Origin: an uncultured Nitrososphaeraceae archaeon
GTDB lineage: Archaea; Thermoproteota; Nitrososphaeria; Nitrososphaerales; Nitrososphaeraceae
DNA: 64,000 bases
Direction: 5' to 3'
NCBI GenBank assembly: GCA_963729045.1
Contig: CAVSMN010000014.1
Span: 60,338-124,337 of the forward strand
A program made the translations under genes and the position numbers. Shown one piece after another: positions 30,672 to 41,218 of the stretch (its first letter is position 1; each line of letters starts with the position of its first letter). Under the pieces are notes generated by a model. That model ran no database searches, was not told the origin of the DNA, and worked only from the letters and a program-made list of their open reading frames with translations.

Positions 30672-31943
30672 CTAGGTTTTTGGTCTTAACGCTTCTATAG
30701 GGCTTACCTTCGATGCTTTCCAAGCTGGCAACAATCCTGCTATTACACTTAGGACAACAGAGATTATCCATACAGTAATCATGTCGCTCATAAAAAAAAG
30801 GGGAATGAGTGGAGGATCACCTTCATTTCTGGGGGTAGCTTGAGACAGTGCATAACCACCCCCTACACCTCCAATTAAGCCCAGAGTTGCACCCAGCATA
30901 CCTATTATCAAAGCTTCAAAAACGAACATTGTTAAAATGTTAGAGCTTTGTGCACCTATTGCTTTTAACGTACCTATTTCTCTGATTCTTTCAATCACGG
31001 AAGTATATAATGTGGTAATTATACCTACTGCACCAACTATTAATGAGATAATGGCTATGCTCAACAAGAAGGATGTAATCCCCCCTGTAAATTGCTCAAT
31101 GGTCTTGAGTATGGCTTTTACTGTTGTTACCCCTATATCATTTCCATACAATTTCTTAATTTCGCTTTCAACAACATCAACTAACTCATTGGATGATGCT
31201 ACTACAAATAAAGAATCATACTTGCCTGATTTTTGAAATAGGGAATCGCCAGCATCCAGGTTAATGACTGCTGCATTGTCTATTGTTGGATTGCCTGTTG
31301 ATTCCATTATTGCGGTAACCAAAAAATTCTTAGTTATTGTGTCTTGTTTGCCAGTTGTGTCATCAATAAATGAATATTCTAATTCTATTGTCTCACCCAA
31401 TGTTACAAATGGGTTGTCTTCTCCAGGAGGTTTGGCAATATTTTCTGCTATTACAATTGCGGATGGATCATTTTGTTTTATTTGAGAACCCTCTTGTAAA
31501 TCAAGGGTCGGTGCAATCACAAATAATTTATTTGGATCTATAGATAGTGCTGCATTTGTTTTTTCTTCACCCTTAGATTTGATCAATACCTGAGACTGAT
31601 AAGATGGTATAACTTCCTCGATAAAGGGCAATGAATTAATTCTGTTTATGACTGCCGCATTTAGTGTTATCTTGGAACCCGCAGAGCCTCCTCCGCCTCC
31701 TCCACCTCCACCGCCGGAGCCAACAGTACCTGAGCCCTGTTCTTGACCACTTGTAACAAACAAAATGTTAGGAGCTAAATTACTAAACTGTTTATTAAAG
31801 AATTCAGTAAACCCTGCTCCTACACCATTTACTGCTACTAGTAGACTGGTTCCCGCCATAACCATTAGAATGGTCAGAAGAGACCTGATTTTTCTCTCTT
31901 TTAGTGCCTGAAATGATAGGACAAATATTTCCTTAATGTCCAT
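30672..31943 (-). CDS. ABC transporter permease (MacB/FtsX type)
   Basis: RSLLTIL, SVIERIREIGTLKAIGA, PAWKAS..PIEALR; Gly-rich insert. Confidence 0.93.
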   Translation of the reverse strand: MDIKEIFVLSFQALKERKIRSLLTILMVMAGTSLLVAVNGVGAGFTEFFNKQFSNLAPNILFVTSGQEQGSGTVGSGGGGGGGGGGSAGSKITLNAAVINRINSLPFIEEVIPSYQSQVLIKSKGEEKTNAALSIDPNKLFVIAPTLDLQEGSQIKQNDPSAIVIAENIAKPPGEDNPFVTLGETIELEYSFIDDTTGKQDTITKNFLVTAIMESTGNPTIDNAAVINLDAGDSLFQKSGKYDSLFVVASSNELVDVVESEIKKLYGNDIGVTTVKAILKTIEQFTGGITSFLLSIAIISLIVGAVGIITTLYTSVIERIREIGTLKAIGAQSSNILTMFVFEALIIGMLGATLGLIGGVGGGYALSQATPRNEGDPPLIPLFFMSDMITVWIISVVLSVIAGLLPAWKASKVSPIEALRPKT

Positions 31944-32304
31944 TGACTCTATCCCTACTTACTACTCGTTCATAACTAGATCCAAACCTTAATTGTGGTG
32001 GTGAACTACCAGGACCGCATCTCAAAACTTTAAAGTATAACATCATGAAAAAATTGGTATTTAGGATTAAACCGAAATTGAACTTACACAATAGAAGGAT
32101 TCTATCTGTAATTAATGTGGATTTATAAATTTGATGATTCTTTCTTGTCTTTATATTTTGTGTCACCAGAGCTTTTATCCGTGTTATCGTAATCATCACA
32201 ATAATTGCTATTATATACAACAAAATAGACTTAAAGTTATCTAAGATATGATGAAAAAATGTAGATTTGCTTAGCTACATGACTGAATTCACAAGAAAAA
32301 TATT

Positions 32305-33018
32305 TCAGGTAACTATGTTTTCTTCCCGTTCTATTTCCCCATCCTTGAGATATATTATACGATCGGTTTTAATTGCCAACTCCGGATTATGCGTGACCAT
32401 TATTATGGTCCTATCGTACTTATTAGACAACATCTTGAGCAAATTAAATACTTCATTACCCGTTTTAGTATCTAAGTTACCGGTAGGTTCATCAGCCAAA
32501 ATTATGGAGGGATTATTCATTAGTGCTCTAGCGATTGCAACTCGTTGTTGTTGACCACCACTTAAATTGAATGGTTTGAAACTACCTTTGTCCTCAATTC
32601 CGAGCAATCCCATGATTTTTGAAGCCCTTTCTAACCGCTCCTTTTTATTTAATCCTGATATTATACATGGGATTTCAATGTTCTTTAAAACAGAAGCCCT
32701 GTTAATTAAATTATAAGACTGAAAAATAAATCCAATCGCATTGTTTCTCAAATAAGCCAGATCATGATCATTTAAAGAAAATACATCTACACCATTGATA
32801 TAAATATCTCCAGATGTCGGTCGATCTAAAGTCCCTAGTATGTTTAGAAGTGTAGATTTACCGCTACCGGAGGGACCTACAATAGCCACAAATTCTCCCT
32901 TTTTAACATCAAAATCGATATTTTTTAATATCGGTGTTTCTCCGGCTGTCGAAGCATAACTTTTGTAAATTCGATCAACTTTAAGGATTGGATCAGAAGA
33001 AGGAGATGAAGACGCCAT
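32305..33018 (-). CDS. ABC transporter ATP-binding protein (LolD/MacB type)
   Basis: GPSGSGKST, LSGGQQQRVAIARAL, ADEPTGNLD, VTH. Confidence 0.95.
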   Translation of the reverse strand: MASSSPSSDPILKVDRIYKSYASTAGETPILKNIDFDVKKGEFVAIVGPSGSGKSTLLNILGTLDRPTSGDIYINGVDVFSLNDHDLAYLRNNAIGFIFQSYNLINRASVLKNIEIPCIISGLNKKERLERASKIMGLLGIEDKGSFKPFNLSGGQQQRVAIARALMNNPSIILADEPTGNLDTKTGNEVFNLLKMLSNKYDRTIIMVTHNPELAIKTDRIIYLKDGEIEREENIVT

Positions 33019-33496
33019 TTAAGATTTCAATTCTATATTATTACTCATATAGCTATATAAAAATTGAAAACAGTTAGATTTATCAAAGGATCTTTCTACT
33101 GAATTATTCACATTACAAAAATTGTGGTTTTCATATGTGAAACGAAATGTATTACTTTTTTCCTCTGAGTGAGGGACAAATCATCAAAATCCCATTAATT
33201 GAACAAATAAAACGATTCATTTCTATCGACTCGACCTGACCTTAGGTTTTATACATAAGATAACGGATAACAGGATGAATTGATGGATCGATGGATAATA
33301 ATTGTACGGATCCTACAATAAACCAAATTAGTCTTGTTTACTCGTGGTAGATTAGGAATCTAAAGTGTCTGCATCTTTTCTTTTCTTGAATCAAAACAAG
33401 ATTAGTTTTTGTGGAGATATGCCCAGATTTGACAGTTGCTTCAAAGCAATAGTCAAAATTTAAATATTGTATAGTAAAATATAATATAATATTCTT

Positions 33497-33703
33497 ATGA
33501 AAAAAATTAATTTAATAATATTATCTACTTTTATCTTAGGAGGAATATTATTAAATTTCGAAAGAGACATTATGTCTTATGCCCAAGAGAATGTTGATAG
33601 AAACATAATACCGTTGCTTATTCCTCCATATCAGATGATTAAGGATCTTGGGTCATCAGATTTAAATAGGATTAATGTAACCTATGTCAATAATATTCCA
33701 TAA
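33497..33703 (+). CDS. Small putatively secreted protein
   Basis: MKK plus hydrophobic stretch and YAQ cleavage-like site. Confidence 0.45.
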   Translation: MKKINLIILSTFILGGILLNFERDIMSYAQENVDRNIIPLLIPPYQMIKDLGSSDLNRINVTYVNNIP

Positions 33704-33804
33704 CAAATAGATAGTTTATGGTACCGCATAAATTTCTAAATTAATAATATAGAAATATTTATCAAAATCCATTAATATGTAAATCTAATAATTCAATTAG
33801 ACAT

Positions 33805-34237
33805 ATGAATCGTGGATTGAATTTTTATGCTATTATACTTGTGACGATAGCTACTCTAGTTTTTTCTGTTAATGAATTTGGAGTGGTTCATGCAACTACT
33901 GGTATTGATCTAGGTAATAATCCCTCTCAATCTAATCAAGTACCTGATTTAAAATCTGATCCAAATGACAACGACGACAACAATAACGACAAGAGCAGCA
34001 ATAACAACAATAACAATAATGACGACAACAATAACGACAAGAGCAGCAATAACGACAATAACAATAATGACAATAACAATAATGACGACAACAATAACGA
34101 CAAGAGCAGCAGCAGTCACCACCACCACTACTACTACCAGCAAGGACGATGTGCCTATGGCTTTACCATTTAATTCAAATATGGCCGATGAATCTGATGA
34201 TGAGAAGGATTATTCAAGTGTAATCCCTTTCCCATGA
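33805..34237 (+). CDS. Secreted Asn/Asp-rich low-complexity protein ending ...LPF...IPFP (probable +1 frameshift near 34116)
   Basis: Signal peptide (VVHA); three copies of GACGACAACAATAACGACAAGAGCAGC; alternate frame gives STTTTTTTSKDDVPMALPF...VIPFP. Confidence 0.6.
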
Positions 34238-34279
34238 TTTTAAAAATATCCGTTTTAATGTGTTAGCCGATTCTATGTC

Positions 34280-35812
34280 TTATTCATTCATTACGTGATT
34301 ATTCGATCCTATAAATTTCCCATGTCCTAAATTTTCAGGAAGTACCATTCCATTTTCCATAATTATTTTTCCCCTTGATATGGTTGTGATGGGCCAGCCT
34401 TGCAATTTAATCCCGTCATATATTGTGTAGTCTGAGGAAGATTGCAAGAGGTCTGGGGTTACTTTTTGTACCAAATTCACATCTATAATGACTAGATCTG
34501 CATCTGAGCCCTTTTGTATTGTGCCTTTTTTAGGAAACATTCCAAATATCTTTGAAGTATTGTAACTGGTTAATTCTACCAAGCGCTGTATTGGCAGTTG
34601 TCTTAGATTTACTCCATAATGTAGTAAGACGGGTAACATAGTGGCCACTCCAGGAAACCCTGCTAGTGCGGTCCAGATGTCATTATTTTCCCCGGACTTT
34701 AAACTCAAGGTATTCGCAACGTGATCGGTTCCTATAGTATCAATTACTCCGTTTTTTATAGCACTCCATAAACTAGCTATATCATTCTTGGAGCGTAAAG
34801 GTGGTACAACCTTGCCCCTTAAATCACCAAAATCTACTGAGTGAGTCAAATAATGCGGACAGGTTTCAATGTAGGCATTACAGCCTCCAATTTGCCTCTC
34901 AGTTAGTATAGCATCCAATGCACCATTTGATCCTATATGAACAAAGTAAATATTGGATCCAAATTGTCTAGCCATGTTCATTATCTTTTTTATGGCTATT
35001 ACTTCGCTCTCGGGAGGTCTACATTTAGACCATATGTCAAGTGGATTATCCTTGCTAGGGTTTGTTGGATTATTTTTTATATTTTCTGCACCTGCATCTA
35101 AAGAACTGCTATCTGTTCTTGACTTTTCTAATTTCTTCTCCTCAATGAGATTCGCACACGTATTATGGTCTTCTGCGTGTACGAGAACAACCGAATTCTT
35201 AAATGTTGAAGACTTGCCGACGACGCTATTACAGAGTTCATCTGAAATGAACACATTTTTCGGTAGACGTAAATTTCTATGAGGGTACATATCCATCAAT
35301 ATCCTATTATCTGTCGAACCTAGATTCATGTAGAGTTTGAATGAATGTATCCCACTTTGATACAAATAAGAAATATCATTAATTTGATCAGAATTTAGTA
35401 TCGATGCATGTATGCCATAGTCTATGAAATGGTTCCTTGCACTAGCTTCTAGATGCTTGGATATTTCATCTTTATATGATTCGTATACTCTAAGCATCCG
35501 CATAATGGTGGTCACCCCACCAACCGCAGCAGATTTGGATTCGGTTGCTGCAGCCTTTTCAATAGGTGAAAATACCCCATAATGTACGTGGGGATCGATT
35601 AATCCCGGTAATACATACTTATCATTTGCATTTATTGATTTTGAATAATTTACACTAGCTGATGAATTCGTCAGTTCTTTAATTTTTCCATTTTCTATGA
35701 GTATGTTTGTTCTAAGAACTCCTACTTTAGGTATCACAACATTTGCATTCTTTATTATTAGATCGCAGCTATTACTATTGATATGATCATAATCGTTACT
35801 CATTAATATCAC
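34280..35812 (-). CDS. Dihydroorotase/dihydropyrimidinase-family amidohydrolase
   Basis: LPGLIDPHVH, SFKLYM, VHAED, ETCPHYL, PPLR, IGTDH, GSDADLV. Confidence 0.9.
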   Translation of the reverse strand: MILMSNDYDHINSNSCDLIIKNANVVIPKVGVLRTNILIENGKIKELTNSSASVNYSKSINANDKYVLPGLIDPHVHYGVFSPIEKAAATESKSAAVGGVTTIMRMLRVYESYKDEISKHLEASARNHFIDYGIHASILNSDQINDISYLYQSGIHSFKLYMNLGSTDNRILMDMYPHRNLRLPKNVFISDELCNSVVGKSSTFKNSVVLVHAEDHNTCANLIEEKKLEKSRTDSSSLDAGAENIKNNPTNPSKDNPLDIWSKCRPPESEVIAIKKIMNMARQFGSNIYFVHIGSNGALDAILTERQIGGCNAYIETCPHYLTHSVDFGDLRGKVVPPLRSKNDIASLWSAIKNGVIDTIGTDHVANTLSLKSGENNDIWTALAGFPGVATMLPVLLHYGVNLRQLPIQRLVELTSYNTSKIFGMFPKKGTIQKGSDADLVIIDVNLVQKVTPDLLQSSSDYTIYDGIKLQGWPITTISRGKIIMENGMVLPENLGHGKFIGSNNHVMNE

Positions 35813-35835
35813 CTGATGAGCGAAAAAGATTGCGT

Positions 35836-36573
35836 CTAGCCAAGTTCTCTGGTCAGATTCGGGGGATTTTCATAGACTTTGTATCGGTCATTCTCGAGGG
35901 CACAATAACAAACATTTGCAGGTTGTACAAAGAACCCAGTCTCAATAATCCCTGGTATTTTCTTTAGTTCTGTATCCAATTGAAGAACATTAGAATAATC
36001 ATTAAACATGACGTCTAGAATAAGATTTCCATTTTCTGTTATATAGGGATAACCCCTCTCCAAAGTTCTGAGTATTGGGACACCATTTAATTTATCCAAA
36101 AAAGGTATCGTTGCAGTTCTCCCAAATGGGAGGATTTCCAGAGGCACTGATCTTGAAAAACGCGGCACAAATTTTGAGATGTCTCCAACAATTATTGTTT
36201 TTTTAGACGAGTAGTATAAGATCTTTTCACGGAATAAAGCTCCACCACCACCTTTTATCATAAAGAACTTGCTATCGATTTGATCTGCTCCGTCTATTAC
36301 AATATCTAAAAAAGGGATTAATGATTCATCCACTACGCTTAATTTTTTCCTCTCGGCTTCAATTTTTATTTGTAATGAGGTACAAATAAATTTACACTTT
36401 TCTATTATTGAAGGTGGTAACAGATTTACAATTTTAGCTGAGGCCCGCCCACTACCTAATCCAATAATACGCGGTTTATTGGATAAATGATTTTCAATGA
36501 TGTGTTGGGCAATATTTTCAAAGCTTTTATCTAAAGGGACATTATTTTGAGAACTGGAAGTGGGAGAAGACAT
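35836..36573 (-). CDS. rpiA: Ribose-5-phosphate isomerase A
   Basis: IGLGSG, IDGADQ, IKGGGGALFREKI, TENGNLILD, PGIIETG. Confidence 0.95.
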   Translation of the reverse strand: MSSPTSSSQNNVPLDKSFENIAQHIIENHLSNKPRIIGLGSGRASAKIVNLLPPSIIEKCKFICTSLQIKIEAERKKLSVVDESLIPFLDIVIDGADQIDSKFFMIKGGGGALFREKILYYSSKKTIIVGDISKFVPRFSRSVPLEILPFGRTATIPFLDKLNGVPILRTLERGYPYITENGNLILDVMFNDYSNVLQLDTELKKIPGIIETGFFVQPANVCYCALENDRYKVYENPPNLTRELG

Positions 36574-36689
36574 AATTCTTTATAGTGAAAATGATGAAAG
36601 TATATTTAAATCGATTGAAACAGCGCGAAGCACTTACAACTGTCGTAGTCAAGATACTATTGCAATTCCTATGTTCGTATTGTGCTTAT

Positions 36690-37487
36690 TTATGAATCCC
36701 CTAACCTTTTTAATGTTTTAAGAATGTCTTTTTGTATTTTGTCAATCTCGTTTAAGTCAATGTTTCTATTCGTGGATTGCTTCGAATCCGGTGGAACCGG
36801 TGAAACCGATGATGTTCCTATATCTTCATTGATTTGAGAATACTCTTTATTCATATCATTAATTGATCCTCCTGTTTCTTCCAATCCTTCTATACCAAAT
36901 CCTAGTTCTCTCTTGTTGTCGCTATCACTATAACTATCATTACCCCTACCAATCTGTGAAAATGATTCATTCTTTTTCTTGTTACCCGATTTTATTGTTT
37001 TAATCTTATCTAGTATCAAGGTAGGTTGTTTGAGGTATGCATCTAAATGGGTTTTATCCTTATCCTTATCCTTAAAATTTTGTTCATTATTATCTAATCC
37101 CAAACTTGTTAGCTTCGTATCTATTTTTTTAACATAATCTGATAAAATTGAATTTAACTGATTTCTATACTCGTATATTTCCTGTACCTCTAGTATTGGG
37201 TTAAGCTGAAAGACCCGTTTATCATACTCTTCTAACAGATTGATATATTTATGCGATAGTCTGTCCCTTTCATACTCGTCTATTTTTTTTTCATCAAAAT
37301 GCTGGTTAATCTTGTTTAAAGCTTCTAAAGCAACTGATTTTTCAAAGTAAAGACTGCTTAACTCATACTTTACATTGCCGAGAATTTTTGACCGACTCTC
37401 TCTTCTTATTTTAATAATTTGGAAGACAAAAAGGGCACAAATTATGCCTAACATGGTTGAACTGGCAACTATGAGTATCTCTATCAT
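36690..37487 (-). CDS. N-terminally anchored coiled-coil hypothetical protein
   Basis: TM at residues 3-24, helical region, disordered linker, C-terminal EIDKIQKDILKTLKRLG. Confidence 0.75.
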   Translation of the reverse strand: MIEILIVASSTMLGIICALFVFQIIKIRRESRSKILGNVKYELSSLYFEKSVALEALNKINQHFDEKKIDEYERDRLSHKYINLLEEYDKRVFQLNPILEVQEIYEYRNQLNSILSDYVKKIDTKLTSLGLDNNEQNFKDKDKDKTHLDAYLKQPTLILDKIKTIKSGNKKKNESFSQIGRGNDSYSDSDNKRELGFGIEGLEETGGSINDMNKEYSQINEDIGTSSVSPVPPDSKQSTNRNIDLNEIDKIQKDILKTLKRLGDS

Positions 37488-37558
37488 GTTAATGCTAATT
37501 ATAATGACATGTTGGTTTATAAAAATAAAATAATGTTAAATAAGTAAAAATTAGAAGG

Positions 37559-37729
37559 TTATTTTACTCGCCTTTTTATCCATTTATATTTTCTGAGCTT
37601 TGGATCGGGATATCCACATTTTGAACAGGTTTTGCCACGTTTGTGAAATGAATTATGTCCGCATCTTCTACATCTAATATGTGTCTTCTTGCGGGTAAAT
37701 TTACCCATAGATGTTGTTCCTTTTGTCAA
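37559..37729 (-). CDS. rpl37e: 50S ribosomal protein L37e
   Basis: Manual translation from [53 protein letters not shown]; follows the Lsm gene. Confidence 0.95.
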   Translation of the reverse strand: MTKGTTSMGKFTRKKTHIRCRRCGHNSFHKRGKTCSKCGYPDPKLRKYKWIKRRVK

Positions 37730-37756
37730 TTCCTTTTACCTCAAAATTAGTTGTAG

Positions 37757-37990
37757 TTATTTGAACTGAGGGGGAGAAATTATAACCACATTATCTCCTC
37801 TCACAACGATATTTCCAATTTCATCTGTCTTTCCTTCTTCTAAAATTTCCACAGAACTTTCTAATAATAAATTCATATGTTGATCAAAACCTTGTAAGTT
37901 TCCTCTAATAACCTTACCACCCTTCAATTTTATCAAAACATCCCTACCGAGGCTTTCATCGAGGACTTTAACTGCCATATCTACTGACAA
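37757..37990 (-). CDS. Lsm/Sm-like RNA-binding protein (SmAP)
   Basis: VLIKLKGG..RGNLQGFDQHMNL...VVRGDNV. Confidence 0.95.
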   Translation of the reverse strand: MSVDMAVKVLDESLGRDVLIKLKGGKVIRGNLQGFDQHMNLLLESSVEILEEGKTDEIGNIVVRGDNVVIISPPQFK

Positions 37991-38069
37991 CTTTATCTAA
38001 CCTATTTTCTATCAAATGGATGTCCTATATTAAATTTAGTTTTTTCTTATTTTATACAAACATAAAGAA

Positions 38070-38801
38070 TTACCTATAGTTGGGGTCTGTAATTAGAGAC
38101 GAAATTTTTTCTATTACCTGGGAAAGCATTTTATTTCCTACTGTGGAATTGGCATTTAAGGGATTTCCCCATATTCCATTTTTAGTAAATTTCGTAAATC
38201 CTGCTGGATTGTTAATTGACATGTTTGTACCCAATTTATACAAAGAGCCGATTTCATGATCTTTTGTATCCAATCCTGCCTTTGCAAGATCCATATTAAC
38301 AAGATTTGGATGTATAGCCATCATGAGGGAAGTTTCTACCTCTCCTGCATGATCAAATCCTGTTTCAAGCATTTGCCAATAGTTAATAAAGTAGAAAAAG
38401 TCTGAATTTATGGCATATTTTGATAATAAATTCTGTCCGACATATTGTAAAAGGCCAATATTACCATGATGTCCATTGATTACAAATATACGTTTGATAC
38501 CGTGCTTTGATAGGGACTGACAAATACAAGAGATAAAGTCAACTAATATGTTATAGTCTATTGAGATGTTAAAGAGTGGTTCATGTTCATAAGATACGCC
38601 ATAGAAAAGAGAAGGAAGCAATAATACTTTCGATTTGATTGATACAATGTTTGAGATATGTTCTACAATAAGGGTATCTGTCGAAAATGGTAAATGATCT
38701 CCGTGCTGTTCTATGGAACCAAGAGGTAAAATGGCCGACTCGAAATTGAAATCTTTTATCAAGCTGGAAAATTTGTTTTGATTGATATTCTTGATTTCCA
38801 T
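38070..38801 (-). CDS. Creatininase family amidohydrolase
   Basis: PLGSIEQHGDHLP, NGHHGN, DHAGEVETS, GIWGNP. Confidence 0.9.
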   Translation of the reverse strand: MEIKNINQNKFSSLIKDFNFESAILPLGSIEQHGDHLPFSTDTLIVEHISNIVSIKSKVLLLPSLFYGVSYEHEPLFNISIDYNILVDFISCICQSLSKHGIKRIFVINGHHGNIGLLQYVGQNLLSKYAINSDFFYFINYWQMLETGFDHAGEVETSLMMAIHPNLVNMDLAKAGLDTKDHEIGSLYKLGTNMSINNPAGFTKFTKNGIWGNPLNANSTVGNKMLSQVIEKISSLITDPNYR

Positions 38802-38848
38802 TATTAATTTAATTAGGATCGTTGCGCTATGCTATAAAACATATTTGA

Positions 38849-39727
38849 TTATTTATAACTGACTTTGCCCCAATAGACCTCTAATTTATCTTCTAAAAAC
38901 AGCTTTACTGCTTCAAGCAGTGCAAGAGCTTCAGCAATTTGACCTTTTATCTTGATAGATTCCAATGTGTCTTCTGTCAAAACCTTAAACGATTCTTGAA
39001 TAATTATGGGACCTTGATCTAGATCTTCTGTTACAAAGTGTGCGGTACATCCAATTATTTTTGCACCTCTTTCATAAGCTTGTACATAGGCAAAAGCTCC
39101 GGGAAAAGCAGGCAATAAGGATGGATGGATATTTATGATTCTATTTGGATAGCGCCATACAAAATTAGGCGTTAGTATTCTCATATACCTTGCCAAAACT
39201 ATAAGGTCAATGTCGAAATTTTCAACTAGTTGTAAAATTTCATTTTCTGCAACACTTTGTTCCACGTGGTTTACAAAATGAAATGGTATGGAAAAGGAAT
39301 CTGCAATTGATTTTAGCTTTTCATCTGAGCCAATTATCAAAGAGATATTGCAATTTATTTCTCCAGAGGCGCGAGAATTTAGAATTTTCAATAAGCAATG
39401 GTCTTCTCTGCTTACTAGGATTGCGACATTCTTGACTTTGTTCTCTTCATGAAAGTGTACCTTCACTTCCATGGCTAGTTTTCTGCCCAGCTCATCCAAT
39501 TCCATTTGCATCTTTGATTTATCAATCGTTGGAAATGACGCCTCAAGATGCATTCCAAAGAGTCCTTTTACTACATTCTGGTTTATCTTTTCAATGTTTC
39601 CACCGTTTCTAAATATGTAGTTAGTTGTATCTGCTACTATTCCTTCTTTATCTTTACCTACAATAGTAACTTCAATATGTGTTTTAGTATTTTTTGAATC
39701 TGTGATATTTGTACCGGTATCTCCCAT
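38849..39727 (-). CDS. purU: Formyltetrahydrofolate deformylase
   Basis: N-terminal ACT domain, VLARYMRIL, INIHPSLLPAFPG, HFVTEDLDQGPII. Confidence 0.92.
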   Translation of the reverse strand: MGDTGTNITDSKNTKTHIEVTIVGKDKEGIVADTTNYIFRNGGNIEKINQNVVKGLFGMHLEASFPTIDKSKMQMELDELGRKLAMEVKVHFHEENKVKNVAILVSREDHCLLKILNSRASGEINCNISLIIGSDEKLKSIADSFSIPFHFVNHVEQSVAENEILQLVENFDIDLIVLARYMRILTPNFVWRYPNRIINIHPSLLPAFPGAFAYVQAYERGAKIIGCTAHFVTEDLDQGPIIIQESFKVLTEDTLESIKIKGQIAEALALLEAVKLFLEDKLEVYWGKVSYK

Positions 39728-39763
39728 TTATGATGAAAGATATTAATTATCCGAGATAAATGT

Positions 39764-39945
39764 GATGCATCTAAACACGTGTGTAAACATACAGTTTGCT
39801 ATTGTGTCTATGGCAGACTGCTTAAATTTGATGCATTGCTGCCCGTCTTGCTTACTTGCCAAATTGCTTGCGCCACAAACCAAATGACCTAACGATAGTG
39901 GAGGGTGTGTGTGCGAAAGGAAGAAGCAAACCATATTTCAAGACA
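39764..39945 (+). ncRNA. Candidate structured RNA (two hairpins; the second H/ACA-like)
   Basis: CAGTTTGCTAT/ATGGCAGACTG stem within ATGCATC/GATGCAT; second hairpin GTCTTG/CAAGAC with internal loop, TTGCTT/AAGCAA and a 3' ACA. Confidence 0.35.
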
Positions 39946-40100
39946 ATAGAGTTTTAATGCTTCAATTATCACATCAGGTGACAGATTCGGGATGAGCTTT
40001 GACAATAAATATAATAGTTTTTTATTTAGTAAAAATTTGATATAAGATGGTAGTATATTTATTTTAAGAACTATACATATTATACACATTACCTTAACTT

Positions 40101-40712
40101 ATGATGTTTACATTAAACAATAAAAAACCACATATTTTAGCTGTGGTTGCAGTGGTGACCTTTGCACTATTTTTGAGTCCCACTTTAGCTGTGAATGACG
40201 TTTTGGCTACAGACAAGAAAAACAAAGGAAATGATTCTGATCAAGACATCGATCAAGGTCAATCTTCACGACAAAATGCACAATGTGTCTCTGGTGAAGA
40301 TGTGATAGCATCTTGTAACAATTTGAGCGTCCAAGACCAGGACAATGATGGAAATAACGCAGCAGGGCAACAAAATGGAAAAGGTAAAGGAAATGACGGA
40401 GATCAAGACATCGATCAAGATCAAGAAAGCAAACAGAACAGTCAGTGTGTAGCAGGAGGTAGTATTGCTGCATCTTGTAACAATTTGAGCTTCAAAGACC
40501 AGGACAATGATGGAAATAACGCAGCAGGACAACAAAATGGTGGAGATAACAAAAAAGGCAAAGGAAATGACGGAGATCAAGACATCGATCAAGATCAAGA
40601 CAACAAACAACATGCACAGTGTGTTTCTGGTGAAGATGCAATCGTATCTTGTAACAATTTGAGCTTCCAAGAACAAATCAACAGCGGAAATAATGCATTA
40701 GGCCAAGACTAA
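40101..40712 (+). CDS. Secreted Q/N/D-rich protein with three 54-58 aa repeats, each with a Cx9C pair
   Basis: Signal peptide, then 3x KGNDxDQDIDQxQxxxQxxQCVxGxxxxxSCNNLSxxxQxNxGNNAxGQ. Confidence 0.85.
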   Translation: MMFTLNNKKPHILAVVAVVTFALFLSPTLAVNDVLATDKKNKGNDSDQDIDQGQSSRQNAQCVSGEDVIASCNNLSVQDQDNDGNNAAGQQNGKGKGNDGDQDIDQDQESKQNSQCVAGGSIAASCNNLSFKDQDNDGNNAAGQQNGGDNKKGKGNDGDQDIDQDQDNKQHAQCVSGEDAIVSCNNLSFQEQINSGNNALGQD

Positions 40713-40997
40713 CTAATCTCTTCCTTCAATTTTTTCATTTCATTATCTGATTTTTGCTTTCAATTTTTTTTTCTTATATTCTATAGGATTAAGTTGTATT
40801 CCATCTTTGAATTTATTATGAAACAATCAATATCGTTTTCATCTATTCATCTGTCGGTCTACTATCTGTCTTCTGTTTCTTTTAAAGAAATTACCTTTTA
40901 AATAATTAATTTGAAATTATTTAGGTAAAAATTTTATATCCTTTTACAAAGGATCAATTTAATTTATTAAAAGGTTGAATTTATTACTAATTATAAA

Positions 40998-41168
40998 ATG
41001 GGTAGTAGAAAGAGAAAAACTGCAAGACCAGTACGAAAAACAAAGTCTACTGAGGGACGATGTCCAAAATGTAAGACCATAGTAAGATTCAATGTTTCTG
41101 GCCAAGTGGGCAGCGAGATCTATGAATGCATAGGTTGTACTACAAAGTTCAAAATTGATGAGCTGTAA
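40998..41168 (+). CDS. Small zinc-ribbon protein (56 aa)
   Basis: Manual translation MGSRKRKTARPVRKTKSTEGRCPKCKTIVRFNVSGQVGSEIYECIGCTTKFKIDEL; below the ORF-track cutoff. Confidence 0.75.
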   Translation: MGSRKRKTARPVRKTKSTEGRCPKCKTIVRFNVSGQVGSEIYECIGCTTKFKIDEL

Positions 41169-41218
41169 TTAAAAATAGAACAGTTTGATGACAGAATACC
41201 TGAAGTTATATCACGGTA

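Noticed and set aside
31933..32223. 96-aa ORF between ABC permease and ATPase
   Set aside because: Compositionally biased, no motif; probably spurious.
32248..32286. ATGATGA...CTGA resembling a C/D sRNA
   Set aside because: Too short, no internal boxes or terminal stem; the inner ATGTAG/CTACAT hairpin fits a 3' element of the ABC gene better.
30672..33018. ABC transporter as exporter for the YcaO-TfuA product
   Set aside because: About 4 kb away, separated by unrelated genes; a common MacB/LolD type with no peptidase domain.
40101..40712. Repeat protein as the YcaO-TfuA precursor
   Set aside because: 13 kb away and carries a Sec-type signal peptide; no linkage evidence.
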